The notes: generated by a model not told the origin, from the letters alone. DNA of 64,000 nucleotides from Eledone cirrhosa (GCA_964016885.1 OZ024747.1:76756001-76820000), one strand, 5' to 3'; shown: positions 28,266 through 43,226, counted from the first letter of the stretch. Numbers and translations: made by a program.

Positions 28266-28459
28266 GAGGGTCGTATTGGCAGTATTGGTAGAGGGTCGGA
28301 CGCCATGCTTTGCAGCATAGAGTTACGGCCCTTTACGATCTGAATTCAAATCCTGCCGAGGTTAACTTTGCCTTTCATCCTTACGAGTTCGATAAAATAA
28401 AGTACCAGTAATGCACTGGGTAATTGCTGGCCTTGTGCCAAAAGTAGAAACAATTATTA
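28266..28459 (+). mobile_element. SINE family A
   Basis: Similar to 6031-6223. Confidence 0.85.
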
Positions 28460-28797
28460 GTAAGGCTCCATCATTAGTGATTCTGTCACAGACAAGGTAC
28501 ACCAGAACGATCGAATCTCGACACTATGAGCTAACGAAACAATTCTAAAAGTCTAAAGTCTGTCTCGAGACTGAGGGCTCATCAGGTCGGTGCTTATTCC
28601 TGTTTCCCTGATATGAAGAAGTGACTGAAAGTACAGGACTTCCACCCATTGGACAGGATACCAGTTAATTGCAGGGTTAAACCCTCATCTATGGCTGATA
28701 CTTATTTTCAGCTGAGTATACTGGAGCAACGTGAAATGTAGTGTTTTTCTCAAGAACACAACACACAACCTAGTCCAGGAATCAAACCTCTCTCCCC

Positions 28798-28896
<99 letters not shown>

Positions 28897-29774
28897 CACA
28901 GATATTAAAAGAGAAGCTATAACGCAAACAAAGGGGATCAATATATTGTGTGTCTATATTCCATTTTATGTATTCTATTATATTACCCGTCATGCACTGT
29001 ACTTCTCGCCACCAAGTTACTAATTACCCGATAGCAGAAATCATAACAATGTTACCTACACTATAATCATGCAGCCTCTCCAGGTGTACAATGATTTCTC
29101 ATCTATTTAATGACAATCTACAGAGATTTTATCCTCTCCTTTATAAGCTCCATGTGGTCCGCTAAAGTCACAAGATACTGCAGTAATTGGCGAAGCTAGT
29201 GATCACTCATCCGTGACATTTTAAAATTTATAGGATATTACTGCGTTCTGTTTGTATTCCATAATCATATCACGGATGAACAATAATTGTAATTCCTCAC
29301 AGCATCGATTCTGTAGACTGCTATTAGCATAATACACTTTTAGCACCATCTCACTAATAGACACCAATTACTCAAACAATGGAATTTAGATTCGATTCTT
29401 TCTCTACCGAAATTTGATGCTGTGCCAATTACATGACGCAAATATCGAAAGTTTATCATAATAATTCCTGTAAATGACAACCGATATTGCGTGTCTAAAT
29501 CAATGATTTACAACGTCTATAATACATTTTATTGGTAATGATGCAAGAAGTGTCGCAATGGGTGTGTGAGGAGAAATGGAATATTTTCTTTGTTTGACAA
29601 GGATATGGGAATTGGCCCATAGCTTATTTTTCAGCTTTCATGCCCAAGGGATGTTAGAAGAATTCGGTTAGGTAAATACGGGAGTCATTATAAAGTTCAT
29701 AGGCTGACCAAGATACTCTCATGGAATGACCAAATGAGGTATAATCTATCTAACATTTACACAAAACCAACATT

Positions 29775-29964
29775 TGAGTGGGTAGGGAAAAGTTGATTAC
29801 ATCAACCCCAGTACATGACTGGTACTTTATTTTATTGATCACAGAAATATGAAAGGTAAAGTTAATCTCAGTGGTATTTGAACTCAGAACGTGGAAGGCC
29901 ATAACAGAATAAACACTGCAAGGTATTTCGTCCGAAACACTAACGATTCTACTTACCCACCGCT
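29775..29964 (-). mobile_element. SINE family A, divergent subfamily
   Basis: Core and B box (atttgaactcag) recognisable. Confidence 0.7.
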
Positions 29965-30271
29965 AAAAAATTAGTTTACTAGGGTTGACTGAACGGTTCA
30001 TAGGCTGACCAAGATACTCTCATGGAATGACCAAAGGAGGTTTATATTTCAACATAGTCACTGGAAAGACACAATGCAGTTATTAATGTATACAAGCTTT
30101 CACAGCTCTAGCATTACTCCTTCATAGTCAAACTATGAACTTTTCAACCGACCCTTGTTCAGTTAAATGTCACTCTAAACTATTGCTAATGGGAGGCTGA
30201 GTGGCGGACAGGAAAAGTAAAAGCGGTTAACTCATTAAAATTTCATCATATACGGTTACATTCATGTTTCG

Positions 30272-30302
30272 TTGATGAGGCTTAATAAAGCCAAAACATG
30301 TC
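30272..30302 (+). ncRNA. Degenerate hammerhead core
   Basis: TTGATGA-GGCTT aata AAGCC-AAAAC at GTC (two core substitutions). Confidence 0.4.
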
Positions 30303-30538
30303 TGCTACACGTGTAGAAAGACCTCAAAGTAATATTAGTCAATACCAATATCTTGTAGTTTTAATTTGTTTGTTATTTTTATCACCACTTACATGAACTT
30401 TTCAAAAATGTAAAGATTCAAAATGTCTGAGTCTGTCATGTTATATATATATAAATATATATATATTTATATATATATAAATATATATATATATTTATAT
30501 ATATATAAATATATATATATATTTATATATATATAACA

Positions 30539-30653
30539 TGAGTTCAAATCCCGCCGAAGTTGACTTTGCCTTTCATCCTTACGGGGTCGATAAAATAAAG
30601 TACCAGTAATGCACTGGGTAATTGCTGGCCTTGTGCCTAAAGTAGAAACAGTT
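30539..30653 (+). mobile_element. SINE family A, 5'-truncated
   Basis: B box to tail. Confidence 0.8.
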
Positions 30654-30670
30654 ATATATATATATAAATA

Positions 30671-30738
<68 letters not shown>

Positions 30739-30740
30739 CT

Positions 30741-30853
<113 letters not shown>

Positions 30854-30867
30854 GTATGCATATGTTT

Positions 30868-31617
30868 GCCAGTGACATCGAGGCTCTGGACAGGAGTGGC
30901 TGCGATAGTGTCGAGTCCTTGATTTTAAACATCAGCTGCGCTGGACAGGCCATCTTGTATGGATGAATGACAAGCGAATGCCGAAGCAGCTGCTTTGTGG
31001 CGAGCCCCAAATGGGAAAAAGGAACGCGAGCAAACCCTAGATGCGTTTTAAAGACTGCATCAAGGGGGCGCTCAAGAAAAGTAACATCCCTTGTGAGCAC
31101 TGGGAAGCATGCGCTAGCGACCGATCGCATTGGAGGAAAGCAGTGGCTAGTGGCAAGAGTCTATTTGAGGAAACAAGAAGAAGGCTCGCGACACTAAAAA
31201 GAGATGTCCGGAAAGGAATCCATGTTGGCCTTCCCGAAGGCACTGACAGACGGCCTGACCTGACATTTGAGACCTGTAATAGGGTTTGTCTGAGCATGGC
31301 AAGTCTAAAGAGTCACCCGAGAGTGCACAAGAACAGGGAAGCAGGCACCTGTGGAGCTATAAGTGTTCATCAGACGACAACATGTAATGTTTGTGGAGGG
31401 GTATGCAGGACGAGTAGTGATCTCACACGACACCTTGGGTCACATGGTACCATGGGCCCAGCACTAGGTGTCAATAATAGTCACAAGTATAGTGTTTGTA
31501 CCAGAGTTTTCAAGTCGCTGGCTGGACTAAAAAGCCCCACTCGTTCAGCACATCGGTAGGGGTTCTCCTACATGGATATAAAGTAGTGGCCGTACTCGAA
31601 AACGAGTTTGCAGCCAC
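30868..31617 (+). mobile_element. 5'-truncated RTE-clade LINE (ORF C-terminus + 3' end), in-frame stop at 31038-31040
   Basis: [64 protein letters not shown] is a typical RTE C-terminus; ends with a ctcgaaaacgag hairpin before (TA)n. Confidence 0.88.
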
Positions 31618-31618
31618 T

Positions 31619-31780
<162 letters not shown>

Positions 31781-32128
31781 TATAAATTATGTCCTTAGAA
31801 TCATTTGATAAGATATATACTCAATTTCTTCTCCCAATTAGCATAATCAACCACACAAAAAAACAATTAAACCAATTATATATATATATATATATATATG
31901 CGTGTGTGTGTGTGTATATGTATATGTATATATATGTATGTGTGATTGAGGATTGTATCTCGGAGGTGATTGCGAAATAACCAGTTAAACAACGTAGTTA
32001 GTGAGTATATATATATTTTATATAGAAATGATTTCTACAGTTTTAGTCTAGTAGAAGTCTCATTTTCATTATATATATATATGTGTCTGTGTGTGTGCGT
32101 GTGTGTGTGCGTACGCACACACACACAC

Positions 32129-33759
<1,631 letters not shown>

Positions 33760-33922
33760 TCGGACGCCATGCTTTGCAGCAAAGAGTTTCAGCCCTATAT
33801 GATCTGAGTTCAAATTCCGCTGAGGTTAATTTTGCCGTTCATCCTTATGGGATCGATAAAATAAAGTACCAGTAATACCCTGGGGTAATTGCTGGCCTTG
33901 TGCCAAAAGTAGAAACAGTTAT
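33760..33922 (+). mobile_element. SINE family A, 5'-truncated
   Basis: Similar to 6031-6223. Confidence 0.8.
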
Positions 33923-33973
33923 TTGTACGTATGCATGTATATGTGAATCTATGTACGTATGTATGTATGTATG

Positions 33974-34007
<34 letters not shown>

Positions 34008-34725
34008 TGTATATATGTATGTATGTATACATGTGTGTATGTATTTATTTATGTATGTATGCATGTATGTATGTGTGCATATATGTATGTATGTACGTAC
34101 GTACGTATGTATCTATGTATGTATATATGTATGTATGTATGTATGCATGTGTGTATGTATTTATGTATGTATGCATGTATGTATGTATGTGTGCATATAT
34201 GTATGTATGTACGCACGTACGTATGTATCTATGTATGTATGCATGTATGTATGGATGTACGTATGTACGTATTATCTATGTATGTATGTATATATGTACG
34301 TACGTACGTATGTATCTATGTATGTATGCATATATGTATGTATGATTGTATGATTGTATGTATGTATGCTATATATATATGTATGTATGTACGTGCGTAT
34401 GTATCTATGTATGTATGCATGTATGTATCTATGTATCTATGTATGTATGCATGTATGTATGTACGTACGTATGTATCTATGTATGTATATATGTATGTAT
34501 GTACATACGTATGTATCTATGTATGTATATAAATATATGTATGTATGTACGTATGTATCTATGTATGTATATATATATATGTATGTATGTATGTTTAGAC
34601 GATTGCACATCCATGTTTTAAACATACAAGGTCAGATCTGGAATATTCTTAACAACATTTCTGTCATGATTCTCACGTGAAGCCGAGAGCAACCCAAACA
34701 AATGTACTCTAATATCATTAAATAG

Positions 34726-34769
<44 letters not shown>

Positions 34770-34828
34770 TTTATTATATTATATGTTAAAATATTAGATA
34801 TATATAAATAATGTATAATAGGCATAAT

Positions 34829-34877
<49 letters not shown>

Positions 34878-35075
34878 GAAAGGTATAGAAAGTATTATAG
34901 CAAGAAGCCAACAGTATTCCATAATATATATATATATATATATATATATACTTTTTTTTTCAGATAAGCAGCTAACATATATATGAAACAAGGGCTGTCA
35001 AATCTGAATTTGTAAATTTTAACTACATTATATATTATGTTTTATACACACACAAATATACACACACACGCATAC

Positions 35076-35201
<126 letters not shown>

Positions 35202-35247
35202 TATATATTTATTTGTATATTTATATATATATATATATGCGTGTGTG

Positions 35248-35285
<38 letters not shown>

Positions 35286-35594
35286 GGGAGAAGTGATATA
35301 TTCATATGAGTAAATTACACGTGTTCCTCTATGTGTCTTAGTGCAGGAGAGCACATATGCAATTGTATGTATGTGACTTAATGTCATCATTTCGACATGT
35401 TCGCTTTTCTTGTTGTTTTATATATATAACACTAAGGAGTATTAAATGTTGTTTCATATTCTACGATTCTGCTATTCTGCTATTCCAATTAACTCAGTTA
35501 CGTGCCCGTGATATCTGTTAGCAGTTTACACTTGGCCGTGCAACATTCAAAGCACAATTTCAGCTCATGTGTGTATATATGTGTATATATATGT

Positions 35595-35668
<74 letters not shown>

Positions 35669-35931
35669 ATATATATATATATATGTGTGTGTGTATGTAC
35701 ATACGTACACACACGCGCACAAATATATATATATATATATGTATGTACATGTGTGTGATTGTGTGTGCGTGTGTGCACGCGTGTAACTGCGTGTATGTGT
35801 GTGTGTGCATATATATATGCATATACCTATATATAGATGTGTATATATGTATCTATGTACGTATTTATGTATGCGTTAGTTTCTTCATTTCTACAAACTT
35901 CACTTAAATTTGTTTTTTTCTTACTCTCCTC

Positions 35932-36715
35932 TTTCTCAAGGGTGGTGGGGTGTCGTTCCTTTCTCTAGGGTGGTGGGGTGTCGTTCCTTTCTCTAGGGTG
36001 GTGGGGTGTCGTTCCTTTCTCTAGGGTGGTGGGCTGTCGTTCCTTTCTCAAGGGTGGTGGGATGTCGTTCCTTTCTCTAGGGTGGTGGGGTGTCGTTCCT
36101 TTCTCAAGGGTGGTGGAGTGTCGTTCCTTTCTCTAGGGTGGTGGGGTGTCGTTCCTTTCTCAAGGGTGGTGGGGTGTCGTTCCTTTCTCAAGGGTGGTGG
36201 GGTGTCGTTCCTTTCTCTAGGGTGGTGGGGTGTCGTTCCTTTCTCAAGGGTGGTGGAGTGTCGTTCCTTTCTCTAGGGTGGTGGAGTGTCGTTCCTTTCT
36301 CTAGGGTGGTGGGGTGTCGTTCCTTTCTCTAGGGTGGTGGGGTGTCGTTCCTTTCTCAAGGGTGGTGGGGTGTCGTTCCTTTCTCAAGGGTGGTGGAGTG
36401 TCGTTCCTTTCTCAAGGGTGGTGGAGTGTCGTTCCTTTCTCTAGGGTGGTGGAGTGTCGTTCCTTTCTCTAGGGTGGTGGGGTGTCGTTCCTTTCTCAAG
36501 GGCGGTGGGGTGTCGTTCCTTTCTCAAGGGTGGTGGAGTGTCGTTCCTTTCTCTAGGGTGGTGGGGTGTCGTTCCTTTCTCAAGGGCGGTGGGGTGTCGT
36601 TCCTTTCTCTAGGTTGGTGGGGTGTCGTTCCATTTTCAGGGGTGGTGTGGTCTCATTCTTTTCTCAAGGGTGGCGAGGTGTCGTTCCATTTTCAAGAGTG
36701 GTGGGGGTGTCGTGC
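35932..36715. repeat. 28-bp minisatellite (ggtggtggggtgtcgttcctttctcwag), ~28 copies
   Basis: Direct reading; degenerates at the right end. Confidence 0.96.
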
Positions 36716-36950
36716 CATTTTTTTCCTCTTTTCTCCATATCTTTTTATGGTTTTGTCAAATAGGAGCTGTTATCTGACGTCCATCATTGTTGTGTTATAT
36801 CTTTTAACCAGTTCATGTCCGTTATAAACCTTGTCTTTTCCTCAACGTCATTTTAAACAGACTTGAGCTTTGATAAGAAGTCACGTTCGGACTCTGAATG
36901 GGAATCTTTACTGAATTCTTAGATATGACTTTAAAGTAGAACTGTTTAGT

Positions 36951-37091
<141 letters not shown>

Positions 37092-37115
37092 GTGCGTGTG
37101 TGTCTGTGCGTGTGT

Positions 37116-37197
<82 letters not shown>

Positions 37198-37260
37198 GCA
37201 AATAGTGAAAACAATGAAATTAAACAAAAAACAGTTAATTCATAGTAAAATAATTCATAT

Positions 37261-37354
37261 TATTTTACGATCGTTTCTGGGGGGGGGGGGTAGTTCCCCG
37301 TATGTCCATTCTATTATTGATCTATGTAAAATATATTACAAATCTTCAGAAATA
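37261..37354 (-). ncRNA. Probable hammerhead ribozyme (stem II poorly defined)
   Basis: Reverse complement: TATTT-CTGAAGA-...-GAAAC gatc GTA-AAATA; ~65 nt from (TA)n. Confidence 0.6.
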
Positions 37355-37423
37355 CGGATTCTACATACGGATTACATTGAGTTCTTCATACGGCTTAGAC
37401 CCTACCATTAATTGGTGGGTTTA

Positions 37424-37472
<49 letters not shown>

Positions 37473-37492
37473 ATGAGTATGTGTATGTGTGT

Positions 37493-37535
<43 letters not shown>

Positions 37536-37910
37536 TGTGAATATGTGTATGTGTATTTGTATGTGTGTGTGTATGTGTATGTGTGTATGTGTATGTGTGT
37601 TTTGTATATTATTGTATTATGTTTGTTGCTGTTATTTTATGTTTAGGTTTGTTTTCGGTTTTTCTTCTTTGTGGAAATTGTTTGTTTTTTTTATTTAAAG
37701 AAAAATATTTTCTGATATATTTTCATTTTATTTAATTTTTTGTTTAAATACTATTTTTAGATTTTAATGTGTGTTGAAGTTTCATAAAATAACAGGGTGG
37801 AAGTTTGATATGATAACTGAGTTCAGGTTATATAAAACAAAATGAGTTGAACTTTCATAAAATAAAGATGTTTGACAATAAAGGTGTTGTGCTGAGGTTT
37901 GACTTATTAG

Positions 37911-38572
37911 AATATTGAGTGTTGATAATATAGTAAGTGGTGATAATATAGTGAGTGTTGATAATATATTGAGTGTTGATAATATATTGAGTGTTGATAA
38001 TATAGTGAGTGTTGATAATATATTGAGTGTTGATAGTATAGTGCGTGTTGATAATATATTGAGTGTTGATAGTATAGTGCGTGTTGATAATATATTGTGT
38101 GTTGATAATATAGTGAGTGTTGATAATATATTGAGTGTTGATAATATAGTGAGTGTTGATAATTTATTGAGTGTTGATAATATACTGAGTGTTGATAATA
38201 TAGTGAGTGTTGATAATATATTGAGTGTTGATAATATATTGAGTGTTGATAATATAGTGAGTGTTGATAATATATTGAGTGTTGATAATATATTGAGTGT
38301 TGATAATATATTGAGTGTTGATAATATAGTGAGTGTTGATAATATATTGAGTGTTGAAAATATATTGAGTGTTGATAATATATTGAGTGTTGATAATATA
38401 TTGAGTGTTGAAAATATAGTGAGTGTTGATAATATATTGAGTGTTGAAAATATATTGAGTGTTGAAAATATATTGAGTGTTGATAATATATTGAGTGTTG
38501 ATAATATAGTGAGTGTTGATAATATATTGAGTGTTGAAAATATACTGAGTGTTGATAATATACTTAGTGTTG

Positions 38573-38580
<8 letters not shown>
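37911..38580. repeat. 18-bp minisatellite (gagtgttgataatatakt), ~37 copies
   Basis: Direct reading; runs into the (TA)n that hosts the large PLE. Confidence 0.96.
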
Positions 38581-38644
<64 letters not shown>

Positions 38645-38772
38645 AAGTTATATTTAAAATTGTTGGGTTACAACTAGTAAATATTTATAACTGATATAAA
38701 AGCACTCGACAAATATTTGGAGTATATTTACAATATTAAATAAATGGAAAACTATATTTATAAAACCATATT

Positions 38773-38838
38773 TATTTCATTATATATATTTCGGGGATAT
38801 CATATTAACAATATGTTATGCCTTCATCAGACAAAATA
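38773..38838 (-). ncRNA. Minimal type I hammerhead ribozyme in PLE pLTR (copy 1)
   Basis: tattttgt-CTGATGA-stem II (catatt/aatatg)-GAAA-tatatata-atgaaata; helix I pairs; AUA cleavage triplet. Confidence 0.8.
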
Positions 38839-39198
38839 CAATATAAACAGTTTTATAGATAAATATATTCGACATACCGTAATAAACATCAACTTCATTT
38901 GAAGAGGTTTACTCTAGCAGTGAAAATACAGAGAGAAAGAAAGAGAGAAAGAAAAGAGGGAAAAAAGAAAGAAAGAAAGACAAAACGAAGAAGAGGAAGA
39001 AAAAGAAGAAAAAGAAAAAGAAGAAATGCATGGGACAAAATAGAGAGATGGAAAAATAGATAAAGCGAAGAGCTTCATGTAAAGAGACAGAAAGAGATAT
39101 ATATATAGAGAGAGAGAGGAAATAGAGATAGATACATATATATATATAGAAAATTAGGTAGTGGGAGGTCATTTTGAGTAAGTGTATCAATGATACAT

Positions 39199-39241
<43 letters not shown>

Positions 39242-40368
39242 GCTCAAGTATTAATGTAAGGGAGATATATAGAGAGATATAGAGAGATATAGAGAGAGAA
39301 AAAATTTAAAAATAGCCAGACATATTCGAGGCGTAGAAAACCCTATGTTTTAATGTATTAGTATTTATAAAACTTACACTATATTGTAAATATCAGTATT
39401 CCTGAATGAAACAAGTATTCACAATGTGTGAAAATTCATTATCTTATGTTTAGTTTTAAAAAATTCATATGTTTATGTGACAGCTACAAACATCAATGTG
39501 AATCCAACTGATTCACTCTGCAAACTTTTAGTTACCGGATAAACATTCTCAGTGTGGTATAAAAATTTGAGCGTATTATTATTCTTGCGATTACTCTACA
39601 AGATTATCTATCAAGCAGAAATAGAGAGCAGATTTCAATATACTAATCGAAAATATATATTATATTATAAACAAAGATAACAATAATAATAATAATAAGT
39701 AAAAAATATATAAAAATATAGAATAGAAAACTAAAAAAAATATATTACGAAAGAATATTACATAATAAAAATATTGCATATTAAAATACTACGTATTAAA
39801 AAATATTACGTATTAAAAATTTACATATAAAAATATTAAAATTAAAAAATAAAATAAAAAAATAAAATAAAAAATAAAAATATTATAGAATACTACAATA
39901 CTAAAAGAATAAAAATAAAAATAAAAATAAAAATAAAAATAAAAATAAAAATAAAAATAAAAATGAAAATAAAAATAAAATAAAAATAAACCACAAAGAA
40001 CAACCCTTCAAAGTTAATTGACAATATATTGCCAAGTTCATTACAAGACAAAGCCAAAAATTATCTATCAAATCACATCTAGCAAAGAATATCGCAAAAA
40101 AAGATTATGATGTCCAATAATGTCTACATAAGTTCCTATATTTAATATAGAAGTTTATCTAGTGTAAGGTTAATTCAAAAAAATTTGGAGCATCGGCTTT
40201 TAGGGTAGCTTAATTTTTCATGAGGAATGTTTAGATAAAAAATAATAAAAAATAAAAATAAATAAAATAAAATAAACAATAGAAAGAGTAAAAAGAGGGA
40301 ATCAAAGATTTAGGAATCAAAAGATTTATCGGCTAGTTCTCATATAAATATAAATCAAACTAAATATA

Positions 40369-42582
40369 CTACATTTTAAATTTAAATTTATATTTAAACG
40401 TTGAGTTTAATCTATGTTTGCAACAACTGAATAAATTTGTCCGTAGGTTAAGGGAATTTTTAGATTTTAGTATAAAGAATATCTCCTCTGCGCAGAGGTC
40501 ACATGTCTCAGAGGATGAATTAAAAGGAATCCCTCTTGAGACTATATTCCAAGCCGTCGAATATCTAACGTTATCTAGCTTAAGTTGCCAGAGTACCCCT
40601 GATAGTGCCGTTGAAGATTTTTTATTTGGATCTGTGAAAGAATTCTTGTGGTTATTATAGCGAAGTTTAAATTCCGTCGATGTGGAACCGACGTAGTTAA
40701 AAGAATTAGAGTCAGTATTAACATTACAATTGTATACTATATTTTTAACTAAGCAGTTGTTATTTAACGGACATTTAGATCTATCTCTACAGTTACATTT
40801 GTTAACTTGTATATTATTTATGCTATTATCAGTAGGTTTTAAGTTCCTATTATTTATTCTATTAATATTTTGTGCTAAATTTTTGGTGGATGAGTAGGTT
40901 AATTTAATTGTATGCCTATTGAAGATTGAGTGATACCTATGTGTTCTAGGGAAGCGATTATCAAGAGCTTTGAAAAATAATTTAGCGATGTGGGTTTTAA
41001 TGTTTAGTGAGAAAGGGGGGGCAAACCAAATTATGTTCCTAGTTCTATTTCTTTTTTGTCCTTTGGAATTATTGTAATGCTTTCTATTATAGTTGTTAAT
41101 GTTGTTGCCGTAATTAAAAAAGTTGTTACTTTGTTTAGTTTGTCTATCATTATCTATGTACACAATCTTATCAGCATACCCTGCCCTAGCTAGTGCATCA
41201 TTATAGTATTGGGCCTTTTCGTCAAAAATCTTTCTATTCGACGAAATCCTAGAGATACGTTTTTGGACTGAGTTTACTATAGTGTTTTTGACAGATCTGG
41301 GGTGGTTAGAGTTAAAGTTGACATAGTTTAAGTTTTCATTCAACTTGTGAAAAGGATAGTGGAGACATGTGTTGAGATTTAATGTTATATCTAGGAAATT
41401 GACTATTCTATGGTTGTTCTCAATTTCTATTTTAAGGTTAAAGTAATTAAAAAATTTTGTAATTTGTTTACATTTTCTATTTAGTTCAGGGTTATTATTA
41501 TTAATAAGTAAAAGCATGTCATCCCTATATAAACCTCCGGTAGTACCAGGTATTTTCCTATGTAGCGAATTGATTAAAAATAAGCCCACAAGGTCAGTTA
41601 CCTGAGCTGAGTCGGAGGATCCCATAGTTATGTCAAAATTGCTATCTCTATCTGCTCTGGTCCATAATTTGTCATTAAATTCTATCAAAGTTTTCCTAGC
41701 CGATAATATAATATGCATTTCTTTGCTAGTTAGGTCCGTATGTTTGAATGCGTAATTTAGTGCCTTATTTAGTAGACTAGGGGTAATAGAAGAATAATAG
41801 TTAGCTATATCAAGTTGAATAAACCTATTATTATTGTCATATTTAATTTGCCTAAACCACTCAACAACCTCTCCAGTTCCCTTCCACAAGCTCAGGTTAG
41901 ATACACAATCCAAATTCTTAATTTGCAGTATCACCCTGTCAAGAATGTTTTTGCTTAATTTGCCCAGGTCCGATTTTGAAGGTGCGATCAATCTAACTGG
42001 CAGGTCATTTTCAAAATTCCTCTTGTGGTCCTTCATATTGATCTTCGGTTTCCTGGGCACGAAAGGTTGTGTTCTGTTCTCAATTTCCAACTCATGCATT
42101 ATACAAGATGCTTCCACATTCATTTTCTCAAGTTCGGCCTTATCTGCTACCTTGTATTTTTTCCTCAGCTCTTTCAGTATGAGGCCATTATACATGTCTT
42201 TCCGCACTCCATAGAGGTTGTTAGTCTTGTCAGATTTCACCAAGATCTTCTCAGTTTTCTCTAAGCTCTCAATGTTATCCTTAATGCCTATCAGATATTC
42301 CTGGCCTTTAAAGTATCTCTTGAATTTGACCCCTTGTATGATAGAAATTATATCGTTTTCAAAGTCAGATAAAAGTTTGTTAGTGGGTGGATTTCTTTTA
42401 GATTTGAAAACTTTGTTTAAGTCCGAGATATTTTCGTCTGCATTAGATTTATCAAAGTGGAATGCACGCCACCTGATTCTCCTTATAAAAGAGTCAGATT
42501 TATCTATTAGTTGTTTTACAAAGTCTTTGTTTCTAGGTAGAGGTATGTCTTTTAGAGAGGAAGTAATCTTAAAGAATTCCAT
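40369..42582 (-). CDS. Penelope-like retroelement polyprotein: reverse transcriptase + C-terminal GIY-YIG endonuclease (737 aa, uninterrupted)
   Basis: N-terminal PLE-type SLKDIP...RIRWRAFHF; RT motifs ILVKSDKT, QLDIANYYSSI, ITMGSSDS, GLYRDD, VNFLDITL, SNHP; Cys-rich linker CNCRDRSKCPLNNNC; GIY-YIG equivalents NIVY..YVGST..FKLRYNNH; C-terminal CDLC..E...LN..CKH. Confidence 0.96.
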   Translation of the reverse strand: MEFFKITSSLKDIPLPRNKDFVKQLIDKSDSFIRRIRWRAFHFDKSNADENISDLNKVFKSKRNPPTNKLLSDFENDIISIIQGVKFKRYFKGQEYLIGIKDNIESLEKTEKILVKSDKTNNLYGVRKDMYNGLILKELRKKYKVADKAELEKMNVEASCIMHELEIENRTQPFVPRKPKINMKDHKRNFENDLPVRLIAPSKSDLGKLSKNILDRVILQIKNLDCVSNLSLWKGTGEVVEWFRQIKYDNNNRFIQLDIANYYSSITPSLLNKALNYAFKHTDLTSKEMHIILSARKTLIEFNDKLWTRADRDSNFDITMGSSDSAQVTDLVGLFLINSLHRKIPGTTGGLYRDDMLLLINNNNPELNRKCKQITKFFNYFNLKIEIENNHRIVNFLDITLNLNTCLHYPFHKLNENLNYVNFNSNHPRSVKNTIVNSVQKRISRISSNRKIFDEKAQYYNDALARAGYADKIVYIDNDRQTKQSNNFFNYGNNINNYNRKHYNNSKGQKRNRTRNIIWFAPPFSLNIKTHIAKLFFKALDNRFPRTHRYHSIFNRHTIKLTYSSTKNLAQNINRINNRNLKPTDNSINNIQVNKCNCRDRSKCPLNNNCLVKNIVYNCNVNTDSNSFNYVGSTSTEFKLRYNNHKNSFTDPNKKSSTALSGVLWQLKLDNVRYSTAWNIVSRGIPFNSSSETCDLCAEEIFFILKSKNSLNLRTNLFSCCKHRLNSTFKYKFKFKM

Positions 42583-42761
42583 TTTTCAGTTATAATATAA
42601 AGCGCTCAACAGTATTGGAGCAAGATACATGTAAAGTTATATTTAAAATTGTTGGGTTACAACTAGTAAATATTTATAACTGATATAAAAGCACTCGACA
42701 AATATTTGGAGTATATTTACAATATTAAATAAATGGAAAACTATATTTATAAAACCATATT

Positions 42762-42827
42762 TATTTCATTATATATATTTCGGGGATATCATATTAACAA
42801 TATGTTATGCCTTCATCAGACAAAATA
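42762..42827 (-). ncRNA. Hammerhead ribozyme in PLE pLTR (copy 2)
   Basis: Identical to 38773-38838. Confidence 0.8.
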
Positions 42828-43187
42828 CAATATAAACAGTTTTATAGATAAATATATTCGACATACCGTAATAAACATCAACTTCATTTGAAGAGGTTTA
42901 CTCTAGCAGTGAAAATACAGAGAGAAAGAAAGAGAGAAAGAAAAGAGGGAAAAAAGAAAGAAAGAAAGACAAAACGAAGAAGAGGAAGAAAAAGAAGAAA
43001 AAGAAAAAGAAGAAATGCATGGGACAAAATAGAGAGATGGAAAAATAGATAAAGCGAAGAGCTTCATGTAAAGAGACAGAAAGAGATATATATATAGAGA
43101 GAGAGAGGAAATAGAGATAGATACATATATATATATAGAAAATTAGGTAGTGGGAGGTCATTTTGAGTAAGTGTATCAATGATACAT

Positions 43188-43226
<39 letters not shown>

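Noticed and set aside
37915-38694. 259-aa (SVDNIL)n ORF
   Set aside because: In-frame 18-bp minisatellite running into (TA)n.
38909-39190. 93-aa hydrophobic ORF present three times
   Set aside because: Low-complexity pyrimidine tract in the PLE 3' region; repeated only because the element is duplicated.
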